A stretch of DNA of 64,000 nt from a bacterium (GTDB lineage Bacteria > UBA8248): contig OZ241326.1 in assembly GCA_965199855.1 (NCBI GenBank), positions 800,001-864,000 of the forward strand. The letters run 5' to 3'. Position 1 is the stretch's first letter. Every line of letters starts with the position of its first letter. This document shows positions 8,335 to 20,259 of this stretch, piece after piece. The notes beneath the pieces are model-generated. The model was given only the letters and a program-made list of their open reading frames with translations, ran no database searches and was not told the origin of the DNA. A program made the position numbers and the translations under genes.

Positions 8335-8373
8335 CAAATTCAGACAAATTCACGACCTTTTCCGACAAATTCA
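8335..8373 (+). repeat. Phased CAAATTCA direct repeats
   Basis: Copies at 8335, 8345 and 8366; the same motif and spacing occur at 37854-37913. Confidence 0.7.
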
Positions 8374-8682
8374 CAGCTTTTTTCCGTCCTTTTGAAAGCC
8401 GATAGACGCCGGAAGGAGACCTCTGTTCCCTGCGGCGCAATGTGCTTTTTCACACATCACGCGCACCGAATATATCTATTTATATTCAACACGTCAAGAA
8501 AAATATCCACGAATAATCATTCTCACATGATTTTTCTCGCAACCGAAGGAATTTCAATGCGTTATCGATTCGACCGGCGGCGCGGAGCGTCCACCGAAGG
8601 GAAGCCGCCCCGGGAGGGGACCGGAGCCGCTAATTCGTTGATAAGAAATGCGTTGGGGAAAATGGGAGCTCGCGAGAGGGGG

Positions 8683-9567
8683 CTAGTCGATCTCCGCGCC
8701 CAGAAGGTCGATGAACCGCTTGACGACGCCGCGCAGGGGTCTGCCGCGCCTGTGAATGAGGCCCACCGGGCGGATGAGGCGCTCTCCCTCGAAGGGCAGG
8801 ACGGCGAGCGTGTTCATCGCCCGCTCGTTCTGGACGGCGGAGCCCGGCAGGACGCTCACCCAGACGTCGATGAAAAGCGCCTCCTTGATGCTCTCCACGT
8901 TGTCGAACTCCATGACGACGTCCACGCTCACGCCGGCCTTGCGAAAGACCCGGTCTATCGCGCTTCGTATGGGCAGATCGGCGTCGAACGCCACGAACGG
9001 CTCGCCCGCCAGGTCCGGGAGCCGCACCGCGTGGCGAAAGGCGAGCCTGTGGCCCGGATGACTGACGAAGAACATGGGCTCCTCCCGGAAGGGGACGACC
9101 CGAAGCGCCTTGTCCCTCGGCGGATAGGAGAGAACGCCTACGTCCGCCGTGTCGTTCAGGACGGACTGCACCACCTTCTCGGGATGGAGGCATTCCAGGT
9201 CAGCCCGCGCCTGGGGATACAGGGCGCGGAACCGCTGCATGCAGGCGCCCATCTGGTGAAGCCCGACCGAGTAGATGGCGGCTACGCGCACCTGCCCGCG
9301 CACCTCGCCGACTCCGTGCGATATGTCCGAGCAGACCTGATCGAAGCCTCCGAGCAGCTCCCGGCACGCCTCGTAGAAGCGCGCGCCCTCCTCGGTGACG
9401 TCGAAGGGTCTCTTGCTTCGGTCAAGCAGCTCGACGCTCAAATCCTCTTCGAGCTGGCGAATCGCCTGACTCGCCGCGGACTGGGTCACCCCGCACCCGG
9501 CGGCGCCCCTGGAAAAGCTCCTCTCCTGGATGATTCGGCAATAGAGCCGCAAGGTCTCGATGTTCAT
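8683..9567 (-). CDS. LysR-family transcriptional regulator, divergent from gltB
   Basis: HTH SFSRGAAGCGVTQSAASQAIRQLEEDL, LLDRS; C-terminal substrate-binding domain. Confidence 0.93.
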   Translation of the reverse strand: MNIETLRLYCRIIQERSFSRGAAGCGVTQSAASQAIRQLEEDLSVELLDRSKRPFDVTEEGARFYEACRELLGGFDQVCSDISHGVGEVRGQVRVAAIYSVGLHQMGACMQRFRALYPQARADLECLHPEKVVQSVLNDTADVGVLSYPPRDKALRVVPFREEPMFFVSHPGHRLAFRHAVRLPDLAGEPFVAFDADLPIRSAIDRVFRKAGVSVDVVMEFDNVESIKEALFIDVWVSVLPGSAVQNERAMNTLAVLPFEGERLIRPVGLIHRRGRPLRGVVKRFIDLLGAEID

Positions 9568-9574
9568 GCGAGAG

Positions 9575-9660
9575 AATCTATAATATAAAGAATTCTAATG
9601 CAATATATTAAAAATTTTAGTTTGGCTTATGATTCAGGGCGTGCTATGCTTGCATCGTTT
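9575..9660. promoter_or_regulatory. AT-rich divergent promoter region with LysR-type T-N11-A boxes
   Basis: ATAAAGAATTCTAAT, ATTAAAAATTTTAGT and TGCTATGCT lie between lysR and gltB. Confidence 0.5.
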
Positions 9661-9786
9661 TCATGGAAGTTGCTCTAAAGCTTTCAACGGCATCCACCGG
9701 GACAGACAGGCCGCTTTCGGGAATTTCTCCGCGTGATGGGGAACCGGGGAATTTTCCCCCCGAATTCAGGGAAAGCCGGGAAAAAG

Positions 9787-12700
9787 ATGAGAAAACCCTT
9801 GCGAGAACAAGGTCTTTACGATCCCGCCTTCGAGCACGACGCCTGCGGCGTCGCCTTCATCGTGGACGTGAAGGGGCGCAAGTCCAACGAGATCATCAGG
9901 CAGTCCCTCGCCATTCTGCGCAACCTCGCCCACCGGGGAGCGACGGGCTCCGAAATCAACACGGGCGACGGGGCGGGACTTCTGATGCAGATTCCCGACA
10001 AATTCCTCCGAAAAGCCTGCGAGGCCGAAAGGTTCAAAATCCCGGAGGCGGGCCGATACGGAGTGGGGTCGGTGTTTCTGCCCAAATCCCCGGATCAGGC
10101 GAACGAGTGCGAGCAGATTTTCGAGTCCATCGTCCACGAGGAGGACGCCGTCGTCCTCGGCTGGCGGCCGGTGCCGAACGACCTCTCCTCCGTCGGCCCT
10201 ACCGCCCGGGAGGGCGCGCCGCAGTTCAGGCAGGTATTCATCGGCGGATTCGACGATTCCCTGGACGCCATGGGCATGGAGCGCAGGCTCTACGTCATCA
10301 GAAAGCGCGCCGAGCACGCGATTCGCGAGTCGGGCATGAGGGATCGGGACGAGTTCTTCATTCCCTCCCTTTCCTCGCGCACGCTGATCTACAAGGGGAT
10401 GCTCACGGCGAAGCAGCTCGAAGACGCCTTTCCCGATCTGCGCGATCCCGACATGGAATCGGGCCTGGTGCTGATCCACTCGCGGTTCTCGACCAACACG
10501 TTTCCCTCCTGGCCCCTGGCGCACCCCTACCGCTACCTCGCCCACAACGGGGAGATCAACACCCTGCGCGGCAACATCAACTGGATGCGCGCGCGGGAGG
10601 CGCTGTGCGAATCCCCCCACCTGCCGGACCTCGAGAAAATCCTGCCCATCATCGTAGAGGGCGGGAGCGATTCGGCGATTCTCGACAACGTGCTGGAGTT
10701 CCTCTACATGGCCAGCCGGGAGCTGCCCCACGCCGTCCTGATGATGATCCCCGAGCCGTGGATGGGCCACGAATCCATGAGCGAGGAGCGCAAGGCGTTC
10801 TACGAGTTCCACGCCAGCCTGATGGAGCCCTGGGACGGCCCCGCCTGCATCGCGTTCACCGACGGCTCCGTCATCGGCGCCGCCCTGGACAGAAACGGCC
10901 TGCGGCCCGCCAGGTACTATCTCACGCGCGACGACCTGCTCGTCATGGCTTCCGAAGTCGGCGTCCTCGACATTCCGCCCGAGAAGGTGAAGCTCAAGGA
11001 GCGCCTCCACCCGGGGCGCATCCTGCTCGTGGACACCGGGGAGGGCCGCATCGTCGAGGATGAGGAAATCAAGTCGCGCTACGCCTCCGAGCATCCCTAC
11101 CGGGAGTGGCTGGACGCCCATCTCCTGAGCCTGGACGCCCTGCCCGACGCCCCGGTGCTCCCGGAGCCGGACCGCCGGAGCATCCTCGAGCGGCAGAAAA
11201 TCTTCGGCTACACCCAGGAGGACCTGCGCTTCTTCATCGGCCCGATGGCGCGGGAGAAAAACGACCCGACGGGTTCGATGGGCAACGACGCCGCCCTCGC
11301 CGTGCTCTCGAACCGGCCCCGGCTTCTCTACGACTACTTCAAGCAGCTCTTCGCCCAGGTGACGAATCCGCCCATCGACGCCATCCGCGAGGAGCTCATC
11401 ACCCAGATATCCTCCACCATCGGCCCCGAGAAGAACCTGCTCCGCCCCGGGCCGGAATCCTGCCGGCGGGTGAGGCTCGACTCCCCCATTCTCGGCAGCG
11501 CGGATTTCCACAAGCTCGTCCACGTCGAGCAGCCGGACCTCAAGGCGGTCACCCTGCCCATCCTCTTCTGGGCGAAGGACGGACCGGGGGGGCTCCGGCA
11601 GGCGATGGACGATCTTTGCAGAAAGGCGAGCCGCGCCATCGAGCAGGGCTACAGCTTCATCGTCCTCTCGGACAGGGGCGTCTCGGAGGAATACGCGCCG
11701 ATTCCCGCCCTCCTCGCCACCGCGGGCGTGCATCACCATCTGGTGCGCGAGGGCACCCGCACGCGCGTCGCCCTTCTCGTGGAGACGGGCGAGGCGCGCC
11801 AGGTGCACCACATGTGCCTGCTGCTCGGCTTCGGCGCCGCGGCCATCAACCCGTATCTCGTCTTCGAGACCATCGACGACATGATCGAAAGCGGTCTTCT
11901 CCCGAACGTGGAGCGCGAATCCGCCCGCGAAAACTGCATCGCCGCCCTCAACAAGGGCATCCTCAAGGTGATGTCGAAGATGGGCATCTCGACCATCCAG
12001 TCCTATCGCGGCGCGCAGATATTCGAGGCCATCGGCCTGAAGCGCGACTTCGTCAAGAAGTATTTCACGCGGACGGCCTCGCGCATCGGCGGCATCGGCA
12101 TCGACGTGGTGGCCGAAGAAACGCTCAGGCGGCTCAAGAGCGCCTTTCCCGATCGGCCCGCGGGCTCCCTGGAACTCGAGGGAGGCGGAGACATCCAGTG
12201 GCGCCGGGACGGAGAATTCCACCTGTTCAACCCCGAGACCGTCTTCAAGCTCCAGCACGCCACGATGTCGGGGCGATACGAAATTTTCAAGGAATACGCG
12301 GAGAAGGTGGACAGCCAGAACAGGCATCTGGCCACCCTGCGCGGCCTGCTGGACTTCAGATGGGCGGAAAGCGCCGTCCCCCTGGAGGAGGTGGAGCCGG
12401 TCGAGGCGATCCTGAAGCGCTTCAGCACGGGGGGCATGTCCTACGGCGCGCTGAGCGCCGAGGCCCACGAAGTCCTGGCCGTGGCCCTCAACCGCATCGG
12501 CGGCAAGTCCAACTCGGGCGAGGGCGGGGAGGATTCCGACCGCTACGTCCCGGACTCAAACGGCGACCTGAGGCGAAGCGCCGTCCACCAGGTGGCGTCG
12601 GGGCGCTTCGGCGTGACGAGCGACTATCTGGTCAACTGCACCGATCTCCAGATCAAGATGGCGCAGGGCGCCAAGCCCGGCGAGGGCGGGCAGCTGCCCG

Positions 12701-14343
12701 GCCACAAGGTCTATCCCTGGATCGCCCGGACGAGGCACTCGACCCCCGGGGTGGGCCTCATCTCCCCCCCGCCCCACCACGACATCTATTCCATCGAGGA
12801 TCTGGCGCAGCTCATCTACGACCTCAAGAACGCGAACCCCCGGGCGAACGTCCACGTCAAGCTCGTCTCCGAGGTCGGCGTCGGCACGGTGGCGGCGGGC
12901 GTCGCCAAGGCCCGCGCCGACACCATCCTCATCTCGGGCCACGACGGCGGAACCGGCGCGTCTCCCCTCACCAGCATCCTCCACGCGGGCACTCCCTGGG
13001 AGCTGGGGCTGGCGGAAACGCAGCAGGTGCTCGTGCTCAACAGGCTGCGCGGCAGGATCGCGCTCCAGGTGGACGGGCAGATCAAGACGGGGCGCGACGT
13101 GGTCGTGGGCGCGCTGCTGGGAGCCGATGAATTCGGCTTCTCCACCGCCCCGCTCGTCGTCATGGGCTGCATCATGATGCGCGTGTGCCACCTGAACACC
13201 TGCCCCGTCGGCGTCGCCTCCCAGGATCCGAAGCTCAGGGAGAAATTCGAGGGCAAGCCCGAATTCGTGGAGAATTTCTTCCGCTTCGTCGCCGAGGAGG
13301 CGCGCGAATACATGGCCAGGCTCGGCTTCCGCTCGATGGACGAGATGATCGGGCGCGTGGACAGGCTGGACGCCAGAAAAGCGGTGAACCACTGGAAGGC
13401 GAAGGGCCTCGACTTCTCGGCCATCCTTCACAAGCCCGACGCGGGGCCCGGCGCGGCGATTCGCCAAATCACGGCGCAGGACCACGGACTCGATCGCTCG
13501 CTCGACGTGCGGGAGCTGCTACCCAGATGCCGGGACGCCATCGAGACGGGGACGCCCGTCTCCTTCGAGCTCCCCATCCGCAACATCCACAGAACCGTGG
13601 GCGTCGTCACGGGCTCGGAGATAACGCGCAGGCGCGGCGCGGAGGGCCTGCCGGAGGACTCGATTCGCATCCGCTTCACGGGCTCCGCCGGCCAGAGCTT
13701 CGGCGCTTTCATCCCCAGGGGCATGACCCTCGCCCTCGAGGGCGACGCCAACGACTACGCGGGCAAGGGCCTCTCGGGCGGGAAGATCGTCGTCTATCCC
13801 CCGAAGGAGGCCGGCTTCAGGCCCGAGGAGAACATCCTCATCGGCAACGTGGCGCTCTTCGGCGCCACGTCGGGAGAGGCGTATTTCCGCGGCGTGGCCG
13901 GCGAGCGCTTCTGCGTGCGCAACAGCGGCGCCCATGCCGTCGCGGAGGGCGCGGGGGACCACGGCTGCGAATACATGACGGGCGGGCGCGTCGTCATCCT
14001 GGGAAAGACGGGCAGGAACTTCGCCGCCGGCATGTCCGGGGGCGTCGCCTACGTCTGGGACGAGGAGGGCGATTTCGAGCGGCGCTGCAACGCGGAGATG
14101 GTCGATATCGAACCCCTGCGCGCGCCGGACGACGTAGAGGAGGTGAAGGGCCTCATCCGCAGGCACCTCGAATACACGGGCAGCGCGCGCGCGCGCGCCG
14201 TTCTCGACGCCTGGGAGGAGCATCAGCCGCGCTTCGCCAAGGTGATGCCCCGGGACTACCGGCGCGCGCTCGCCGCCATCGAGGAGGCGAAGGAAAGAGG
14301 CGTCCCCTGGGAGGAGGCCGTCATGGAGGGCGCGCATGGGTAA
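9787..14343 (+). CDS. gltB: Glutamate synthase large subunit
   Basis: [52 protein letters not shown] motifs. Confidence 0.98.
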   Translation: MRKPLREQGLYDPAFEHDACGVAFIVDVKGRKSNEIIRQSLAILRNLAHRGATGSEINTGDGAGLLMQIPDKFLRKACEAERFKIPEAGRYGVGSVFLPKSPDQANECEQIFESIVHEEDAVVLGWRPVPNDLSSVGPTAREGAPQFRQVFIGGFDDSLDAMGMERRLYVIRKRAEHAIRESGMRDRDEFFIPSLSSRTLIYKGMLTAKQLEDAFPDLRDPDMESGLVLIHSRFSTNTFPSWPLAHPYRYLAHNGEINTLRGNINWMRAREALCESPHLPDLEKILPIIVEGGSDSAILDNVLEFLYMASRELPHAVLMMIPEPWMGHESMSEERKAFYEFHASLMEPWDGPACIAFTDGSVIGAALDRNGLRPARYYLTRDDLLVMASEVGVLDIPPEKVKLKERLHPGRILLVDTGEGRIVEDEEIKSRYASEHPYREWLDAHLLSLDALPDAPVLPEPDRRSILERQKIFGYTQEDLRFFIGPMAREKNDPTGSMGNDAALAVLSNRPRLLYDYFKQLFAQVTNPPIDAIREELITQISSTIGPEKNLLRPGPESCRRVRLDSPILGSADFHKLVHVEQPDLKAVTLPILFWAKDGPGGLRQAMDDLCRKASRAIEQGYSFIVLSDRGVSEEYAPIPALLATAGVHHHLVREGTRTRVALLVETGEARQVHHMCLLLGFGAAAINPYLVFETIDDMIESGLLPNVERESARENCIAALNKGILKVMSKMGISTIQSYRGAQIFEAIGLKRDFVKKYFTRTASRIGGIGIDVVAEETLRRLKSAFPDRPAGSLELEGGGDIQWRRDGEFHLFNPETVFKLQHATMSGRYEIFKEYAEKVDSQNRHLATLRGLLDFRWAESAVPLEEVEPVEAILKRFSTGGMSYGALSAEAHEVLAVALNRIGGKSNSGEGGEDSDRYVPDSNGDLRRSAVHQVASGRFGVTSDYLVNCTDLQIKMAQGAKPGEGGQLPGHKVYPWIARTRHSTPGVGLISPPPHHDIYSIEDLAQLIYDLKNANPRANVHVKLVSEVGVGTVAAGVAKARADTILISGHDGGTGASPLTSILHAGTPWELGLAETQQVLVLNRLRGRIALQVDGQIKTGRDVVVGALLGADEFGFSTAPLVVMGCIMMRVCHLNTCPVGVASQDPKLREKFEGKPEFVENFFRFVAEEAREYMARLGFRSMDEMIGRVDRLDARKAVNHWKAKGLDFSAILHKPDAGPGAAIRQITAQDHGLDRSLDVRELLPRCRDAIETGTPVSFELPIRNIHRTVGVVTGSEITRRRGAEGLPEDSIRIRFTGSAGQSFGAFIPRGMTLALEGDANDYAGKGLSGGKIVVYPPKEAGFRPEENILIGNVALFGATSGEAYFRGVAGERFCVRNSGAHAVAEGAGDHGCEYMTGGRVVILGKTGRNFAAGMSGGVAYVWDEEGDFERRCNAEMVDIEPLRAPDDVEEVKGLIRRHLEYTGSARARAVLDAWEEHQPRFAKVMPRDYRRALAAIEEAKERGVPWEEAVMEGAHG

Positions 14344-15787
14344 GCCGACGGGATTCGTGGAATTCGGCAGGGAGCCGCCCAGAACGAGGCCGGTGGAGGA
14401 GCGCGTCCGCGACTGGGACGTGGTCTATCTCCCCACGCCGCGCGAGACGCTCCGGCGCCAGGGGGCGCGGTGCATGGACTGCGGCATCCCCTTCTGCCAC
14501 CAGGGGTGCCCGCTCGGAAACCTGATTCCCGACTGGAACGATCTCGTCTATCGGGACTTGTGGAAGGACGCCATCGAGCGGCTTCACGCGACGAACAACT
14601 TCCCCGAGTTCACGGGCTGGCTCTGCCCCGCGCCGTGCGAGGATTCCTGCGTCCTCACGATCAACGACTCTCCCGTGACGATCAAGGAGATCGAGAAATC
14701 CATCATCGAGCGCGCCTTCTCCGAGGGATGGGTGGAGGCGGCCCCTCCCCGGGTCAGAACCGACAGGAAGGTCGCCGTCGTGGGCTCGGGGCCGGCGGGC
14801 CTGGCCGCCGCCCAGCAGCTCAACCGGGCGGGGCACCGCGTCACCGTCTTCGAGCGCGACGACAGGATCGGCGGGCTCATGCGGTACGGAATCCCCGACT
14901 TCAAGATGGACAAGACCTACATCGACCGCCGCGCGCGGCAGATGGAGGAGGAGGGAGTGGTCTTCCGGGTGAACGCGAACGTGGGCGTCGACCCCGGAGT
15001 CTCCGAGCTGCGCGAGGCGTTCGACGCCGTCGTGCTGGCCGCGGGCGCGCTGCGGCACAGGGATTTGCGGATTCCGGGGCGCGGGCTGGAGGGCGTCCGC
15101 TTCGGCATGGAATACCTCGCCGCGCAGAACCGAAGACTCGCGGGCGACCACGTTCCCGAGGCGGCGCTCCTCACCGCGCGGGAGAAGCATGTGGTCGTCA
15201 TCGGCGGCGGGGACACGGGCGCCGACTGCGTGGGCACCGCCCACAGGCAGGGGGCGAAGTCCGTCCGCCAGTTCCAGTATCATCCGCGCCCGCCGGACAA
15301 GAGGGACCCGCTCAACGATCCCTGGCCGAACTACGCGCACGTCTTCCGCACCGCGCCGATGTATGAGGAGGGCGGCGAGCGCATCTTCGAGATTCAGACC
15401 CGCCGCTTCCTCGGCGAAAGCGGCCGCGTGCGGAAGATCGACACCGTCCGGGTGAGCGAGGCGCGGGGCGAGGACGGACGCGCGGTGTTCAGCGAGATTC
15501 CGGGAACAGAAGAGGAAATCGACGCCGACCTCGTCCTCATCGCCATCGGCTTCGAGGGGCCCGACTGCGCCCCGCTTCTCGACGAGCTGGCGCTCGCGCG
15601 CGACGGGCGCGGCGCGGTCGGCCGCGATGAGAACTGGATGACGAGCGCGCCCGGCGTCTTCGTGGCGGGCGACATGACGCGGGGGGCGTCTCTCGTGGTC
15701 TGGGCGATTGCGGACGGGCGCTCCTGCGCCCGCGCCGTGGACGAATACCTGATGGGAGAATCCCGCCTGCCCGCCCCGCTGGAGTAG
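14336..15787 (+). CDS. gltD: Glutamate synthase small subunit
   Basis: [41 protein letters not shown]. Confidence 0.97.
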   Translation: MGKPTGFVEFGREPPRTRPVEERVRDWDVVYLPTPRETLRRQGARCMDCGIPFCHQGCPLGNLIPDWNDLVYRDLWKDAIERLHATNNFPEFTGWLCPAPCEDSCVLTINDSPVTIKEIEKSIIERAFSEGWVEAAPPRVRTDRKVAVVGSGPAGLAAAQQLNRAGHRVTVFERDDRIGGLMRYGIPDFKMDKTYIDRRARQMEEEGVVFRVNANVGVDPGVSELREAFDAVVLAAGALRHRDLRIPGRGLEGVRFGMEYLAAQNRRLAGDHVPEAALLTAREKHVVVIGGGDTGADCVGTAHRQGAKSVRQFQYHPRPPDKRDPLNDPWPNYAHVFRTAPMYEEGGERIFEIQTRRFLGESGRVRKIDTVRVSEARGEDGRAVFSEIPGTEEEIDADLVLIAIGFEGPDCAPLLDELALARDGRGAVGRDENWMTSAPGVFVAGDMTRGASLVVWAIADGRSCARAVDEYLMGESRLPAPLE

Positions 15788-15808
15788 AAGGCGCGGGCCG
15801 GCAGAAAA

Positions 15809-17350
15809 TCATAGAGATTTTCTCCACAGCTCCAGCCCTATGACCAGCGACTCCTCCACCCACAGTTTGAATCTTTCCACCAAAACACCGAAATCATCCA
15901 GATAATTGAACTGGAAAATATCACTACATGACGGCTCCAGTTGAACGAATTCCTCTTCTGACGGGCCGCCGCCCGCCGCCTTTGCGAAAAAAGTGCAGGA
16001 ACAAGCCATGATCCCGCGAAATTCCGGACCATACCCGTGAAACGAGAACAACAGAGTGGTTTTTTCACGATCCCGATTGCTGATTTGTAGCGTATTCCAA
16101 GCTCGATAAGAACTTAAGCTCGCCCAGTATTCGATTTTCTGCGCGGTATTCACTATCTGGGCTTTATAGTAATAAGAATTTTCAGCCGCATCCGAGGCTT
16201 CTCGGTGCCAGACGTCATACCCCAAGTTCAGCTTTATCACTTCAGCTTTGGGCGCTTTTTCAGCATCCACTAGGCGATCTGCGAATTCATCGGGAAGCCT
16301 GCGGAATTCAGCCTTGAGCGCTTTTTCCGTATCCTCCAAGATTTTTGAAAGAACGGTTTGCAGCTTCCGCGCGAATTCAAAAACGCCTCTCATTTTCTGT
16401 GCTTGCTCTTCTTTTCTTTTTCTTAGTTTCTCTCCCGCCGCCTCAATAACGGACAAGACGGGCCTGCGGCCAGCAACCTCATGAACAAGGCCGAGCGCGG
16501 ACAGCAAACTCTTTTTCTGGCGCTCCGACATAAAGTCAACGAGGGGAGAAAGGTCTCCTGAGTCGGCCTTCTCCAGCACATCCAGATAGCTTTCTCTCAA
16601 ATCATTGAATATCACGACCGGAAACAGCCTGCTTCTTAAAAAAATCAGATTTGAAACGGCCCTGGCGACCCGGCCGTTCCCGTCCTGAAAGGGATGAATT
16701 TGAGTAAAGCGATGATGAATCCACGCCGCTTCAATTTCCGGAGGCACATCTTCATCCTCATGTTTTTGATGAATCTCACACAGACGATCCATTTCAGAGG
16801 CGACGTGCTCCGGGGGACAATACTCGTGGATGGTTTCATCTTCGGTAATCGGATTGTTCGACAGGGTCTTCCAGTCCCCTTTTTTCAGCTCGCTCTCAAC
16901 GTATTGGCCTGTATTGTCCACGGCTGAAACATATTTCTGAGATCTCATCAAAGCGGCGTGAAGCTCTTTGATGTATCCAGTCGTCAATCGACGATTTTGG
17001 CCGACGAAATCCATTAAGCCGTCATATACGTTAGCGTGATCTCTTAAAAAACGAATCACCTCTTCTGGAGATTTATCCGTCTTGCCCTTTGGAACAAGAT
17101 CAAGGTTCAGGCCATGCTCGACGAGCAATTGCGTTGTCCCGCGATCAATCGTATAAACGCGCTCAATCACTCCCGTTTCAATCGACCAGCTTCTTTTCAG
17201 CCTTTCGTGAAATTCTTTGAGGGTCTCGGTTTTCTCCAGGGAATGTTTCTGTTCCTGCCAAAGGCCGGACAGGCTCTTCAGCTCCTCGCTGGCCATTTTC
17301 GGCCAGTCCGGCGGCAAATCCTCAATAGGTCTCCACTTATACTCAGGCAT
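15809..17350 (-). CDS. Fic-domain protein with long C-terminal extension
   Basis: Canonical HPFQDGNGRVAR motif; SWSIETG N-terminal motif; low GC. Confidence 0.9.
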   Translation of the reverse strand: MPEYKWRPIEDLPPDWPKMASEELKSLSGLWQEQKHSLEKTETLKEFHERLKRSWSIETGVIERVYTIDRGTTQLLVEHGLNLDLVPKGKTDKSPEEVIRFLRDHANVYDGLMDFVGQNRRLTTGYIKELHAALMRSQKYVSAVDNTGQYVESELKKGDWKTLSNNPITEDETIHEYCPPEHVASEMDRLCEIHQKHEDEDVPPEIEAAWIHHRFTQIHPFQDGNGRVARAVSNLIFLRSRLFPVVIFNDLRESYLDVLEKADSGDLSPLVDFMSERQKKSLLSALGLVHEVAGRRPVLSVIEAAGEKLRKRKEEQAQKMRGVFEFARKLQTVLSKILEDTEKALKAEFRRLPDEFADRLVDAEKAPKAEVIKLNLGYDVWHREASDAAENSYYYKAQIVNTAQKIEYWASLSSYRAWNTLQISNRDREKTTLLFSFHGYGPEFRGIMACSCTFFAKAAGGGPSEEEFVQLEPSCSDIFQFNYLDDFGVLVERFKLWVEESLVIGLELWRKSL

Positions 17351-17482
17351 ATATCTTCTCCCCGGCACCATGCTCGTCAACCTAGAATTATGCCATTTCT
17401 TATCCCACCGGAGTAAACGGCGGAATTGAAAAACCCCTTAACGCCTTCGCGGCGTTCAATTCAGCGTCCTGGATTGAAAGAG

Positions 17483-18361
17483 TCACCTGAGCCAGCCCAC
17501 CCTCTCGGCGACGCGCAGGAGGATGTCCGAGCGGTTGAGAGCGTAGACGTGGAAGTGTCTGACGCCCATCCGCGTCAGCTCCTGAATCTGCGCCGCCGCG
17601 AGATCGGCCGATTTTTCCCGGAAAGCGCGCGGATCGTCCTCATAGGGCGCAAGAGCCTCCACGACGCTCCGCGGCACGCTCGCCCCGCATTTGCGGGCGA
17701 AGCGCCGCGCCTGGGCGAGGTTGCGTATGGGCAGGATGCCGGGGGCGAGGGGCGCGCTCACCCCCCGCGCGCGCGCCGCCTCCAGAAACCGCTCCCAGAC
17801 GCGCGCCTCGAAGAAGAACTGGGAGGCCGCGTAGTCCGCGCCCGCCTCCACCTTCTGGACGAAATAGTCCATCTCCCTGTCGCGGTCGGGCGTTTCGGGG
17901 TGACCCTCCGGGTAGCAGGCCACCCCTATCGAGGAGAGCCCGCCCATGCGCCTCAGCCACCGCACGAGATCGACGGCGTGGCGAAACCCGCCCGCCGCGG
18001 CCTCCTCCCGCGTCATGCCCTCCGGCAGGTCGCCCCGAAGCGCCAGGATGTCGCGGACCCCGTTCTCCCGATAAACGGCCATGAGGCGCGAGAGCTCTGC
18101 CTCGCCCGCGCCCGCGCAGGTGAGGTGCGCCACGACGCGGCCGGGGCTTCGCCGGGCGAGTTCGAGCACGAGCTCGAGCGTCCCCTCCCGCGTGGAGCCG
18201 CCCGCACCGTAGGTCACCGAGGTGAAGGCGACCTCCATCGCCTTCTGAATCGCGGCCGCCTCGCGCAGGGCGCGCGCCGCGGCTTCGGCGTCCTTCGGCG
18301 GGAAAAGCTCGACCGAGACGCTGACTTCCGGAGAGCGGACGCTCTCGACAATCGCCGACAA
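17483..18361 (-). CDS. metF: Methylenetetrahydrofolate reductase
   Basis: SVELFPPK, SVTYGAGGST, AHLTC, LALRGD, ACYPEGHPE, SQFFF, HFHVYALN. Confidence 0.93.
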   Translation of the reverse strand: MSAIVESVRSPEVSVSVELFPPKDAEAAARALREAAAIQKAMEVAFTSVTYGAGGSTREGTLELVLELARRSPGRVVAHLTCAGAGEAELSRLMAVYRENGVRDILALRGDLPEGMTREEAAAGGFRHAVDLVRWLRRMGGLSSIGVACYPEGHPETPDRDREMDYFVQKVEAGADYAASQFFFEARVWERFLEAARARGVSAPLAPGILPIRNLAQARRFARKCGASVPRSVVEALAPYEDDPRAFREKSADLAAAQIQELTRMGVRHFHVYALNRSDILLRVAERVGWLR

Positions 18362-18471
18362 TCCGCCGTCCCTTCGCCGTGGGGAGGCCGCCGCGGGAGC
18401 CGCGGAGGCGAAAAAACGGGCGCGGGGCGAATCCGCCCCGCGCCCGCAGGCGTCGAAGCCCCGAAAGCGGG

Positions 18472-18936
18472 CTAGCCCAGATTCTCCAGCGCCGCGAAGA
18501 GCTTCCCGTCGTCGGGCTTCTCCGGGGGGGCGGAGGTCTCCTCCACGTAGGCGACCTTCCCCTCCTTGTCGACGAGAATCACCGCGCGGTTGCTGAAGCC
18601 CTTGTCGTTCAGCAGCCCGTAGGCCGCGCACGTCCCCTTGCCGAAGAAGTCGCTCAGCAGGGGAAACTCGATGCCGTATTTCTCGGCCCAGGCGGCGTGG
18701 GCGAACGGGCTGTCCACGCTGATGCCGAGCACCTCGCAGTCGGCGGCCTCGAATTTCGCCTTCTCCGCCTGGTAGGCGGGCAGCTGCTCGCTGCACACCG
18801 AGGAGAAGTCGAACGGATAGAAGCAGAGCAGCACGTTCTTCTTCCCGCGATAGTCGCTCAGTTTGACGGTGTCCCCCTCGGCGAGGGTTCTCGGAAGCTC
18901 GAAGTCGGGCGCGGCGTCGCCTACGCTCAAAGCCAT
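18472..18936 (-). CDS. Peroxiredoxin (AhpE/BCP-like)
   Basis: [42 protein letters not shown]. Confidence 0.9.
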   Translation of the reverse strand: MALSVGDAAPDFELPRTLAEGDTVKLSDYRGKKNVLLCFYPFDFSSVCSEQLPAYQAEKAKFEAADCEVLGISVDSPFAHAAWAEKYGIEFPLLSDFFGKGTCAAYGLLNDKGFSNRAVILVDKEGKVAYVEETSAPPEKPDDGKLFAALENLG

Positions 18937-18949
18937 CGGATCGCCCCCC

Positions 18950-19537
18950 CTATCCGGCGGCCGCGAAGCGCGCGGCGACATTGTCCCAGTTCACCACGTT
19001 CCACCACGCGGCGATGTAGTCGGGACGGCGGTTCTGATAGTTCAGGTAGTAGGCGTGCTCCCAGACGTCCACGCCGAGAAGCGGCGCGTAGCCCTCCGTG
19101 CGCACGCTCGTCTGGTTGGGCATCTGTTTGATCTCCACCTTGCCCGAGCCCGGCTTCGTGCAGAGCCAGGCCCAGCCGCTTCCCTGCACGGTCGCCGCCT
19201 TGGTCGAGAATTCCTTCTTGAAGGCGGCGAAGTCGCCGATGGCCGCCGCCAGGTCGCCGTCCGGCTCGCCGCCGCCGTCGGGGCTCATGTTCTTCCAGAA
19301 GATGCAGTGGTTGTCGTAGCCGCCGCCGTTGAAGTTGAGGCCGCCCTGCTCCGGCGAGAGGTTCGAGAGAATGTCCTCGATGCTCTTGCCCTCGAGGTCG
19401 GTTCCGGCGATCGCGCTGTTCAGGTTCGTGAGATAGGTGTTGTGGTGCTTCGTGTGGTGAATCTCCATGGTGCGCGCGTCGATGTGCGGCTCCAGCGCGC
19501 CGTAGTCGTAATCGAGAGCGGGGAGTTCAAAGGCCAT
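18950..19537 (-). CDS. sodA: Fe/Mn superoxide dismutase
   Basis: [32 protein letters not shown]. Confidence 0.93.
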   Translation of the reverse strand: MAFELPALDYDYGALEPHIDARTMEIHHTKHHNTYLTNLNSAIAGTDLEGKSIEDILSNLSPEQGGLNFNGGGYDNHCIFWKNMSPDGGGEPDGDLAAAIGDFAAFKKEFSTKAATVQGSGWAWLCTKPGSGKVEIKQMPNQTSVRTEGYAPLLGVDVWEHAYYLNYQNRRPDYIAAWWNVVNWDNVAARFAAAG

Positions 19538-19851
19538 TTTGTCTTCTCCTTGATGGGAATGGAACGTTGTTTTTCGCTCAGATGGAAGCCATCGGCTCCG
19601 AGATGCCGCCGGCCTCCCGGAAGCGCCCCTGCCGCACAGACGCCGAAGAATCCCGTAGCCGCGGCCGGACGCTTCCCTCGCGCGAACCCGGGAGAACGCC
19701 CCCTTCGCCTCGCCGCCCCTGGATTCAACCCGAGGCGCCATTCTATTTCAGGGGGCGGCCCCGCGTCAATCCTCTCCGGGAGAGCGCATCCGCGCCGCGG
19801 CTATCCGGCGGCCTTCGTTCGGTGGACTATCGCTCGCGCGCCTGTCCGCGG

Positions 19852-19928
19852 TGGAGCCGACGACCGGACTTGAACCGGTGACCTGCTGATTACGAATCAG
19901 CTGCTCTACCTGTCTGAGCTACGTCGGC
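19852..19928 (-). tRNA. tRNA-Thr(CGT)
   Basis: GCCGACGTAGCTCAG...CTGATT-CGT-AATCAG...GGTTCAAGTCC...CGTCGGCTCCA cloverleaf with CCA end. Confidence 0.95.
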
Positions 19929-20066
19929 CAGAGGACGCGCCCGCCATTGCCGCGCGAGAGGCATTGAACACGCGCGCGCGGCGCCCGTCAAGCAGCGAGA
20001 AGGCGTGGCGCTTTCGCGTCGGGGTTGACTTACCCGGCGGCGCGGCGTAAAGCTTGTCCTTCCTTC

Positions 20067-20142
<76 letters not shown>

Positions 20143-20259
20143 CGAATCGCCCCGGGCCCCGCTTGGGTTCCGTTTTCTCCATTCGGGGACGCCTCGCCGA
20201 TGCGCGCCGGCCCCGCCGCCCGGAGAAGCAAGGCGCCTTGAAGCGCTCCAAGAGACATC

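Noticed and set aside
9663-15366. Long alternative-frame and antisense ORFs over gltBD (likewise over acnA, purD, glgA and the fab genes)
   Set aside because: Shadow ORFs expected in high-GC DNA; Arg/Pro/Gly-rich with no motifs.
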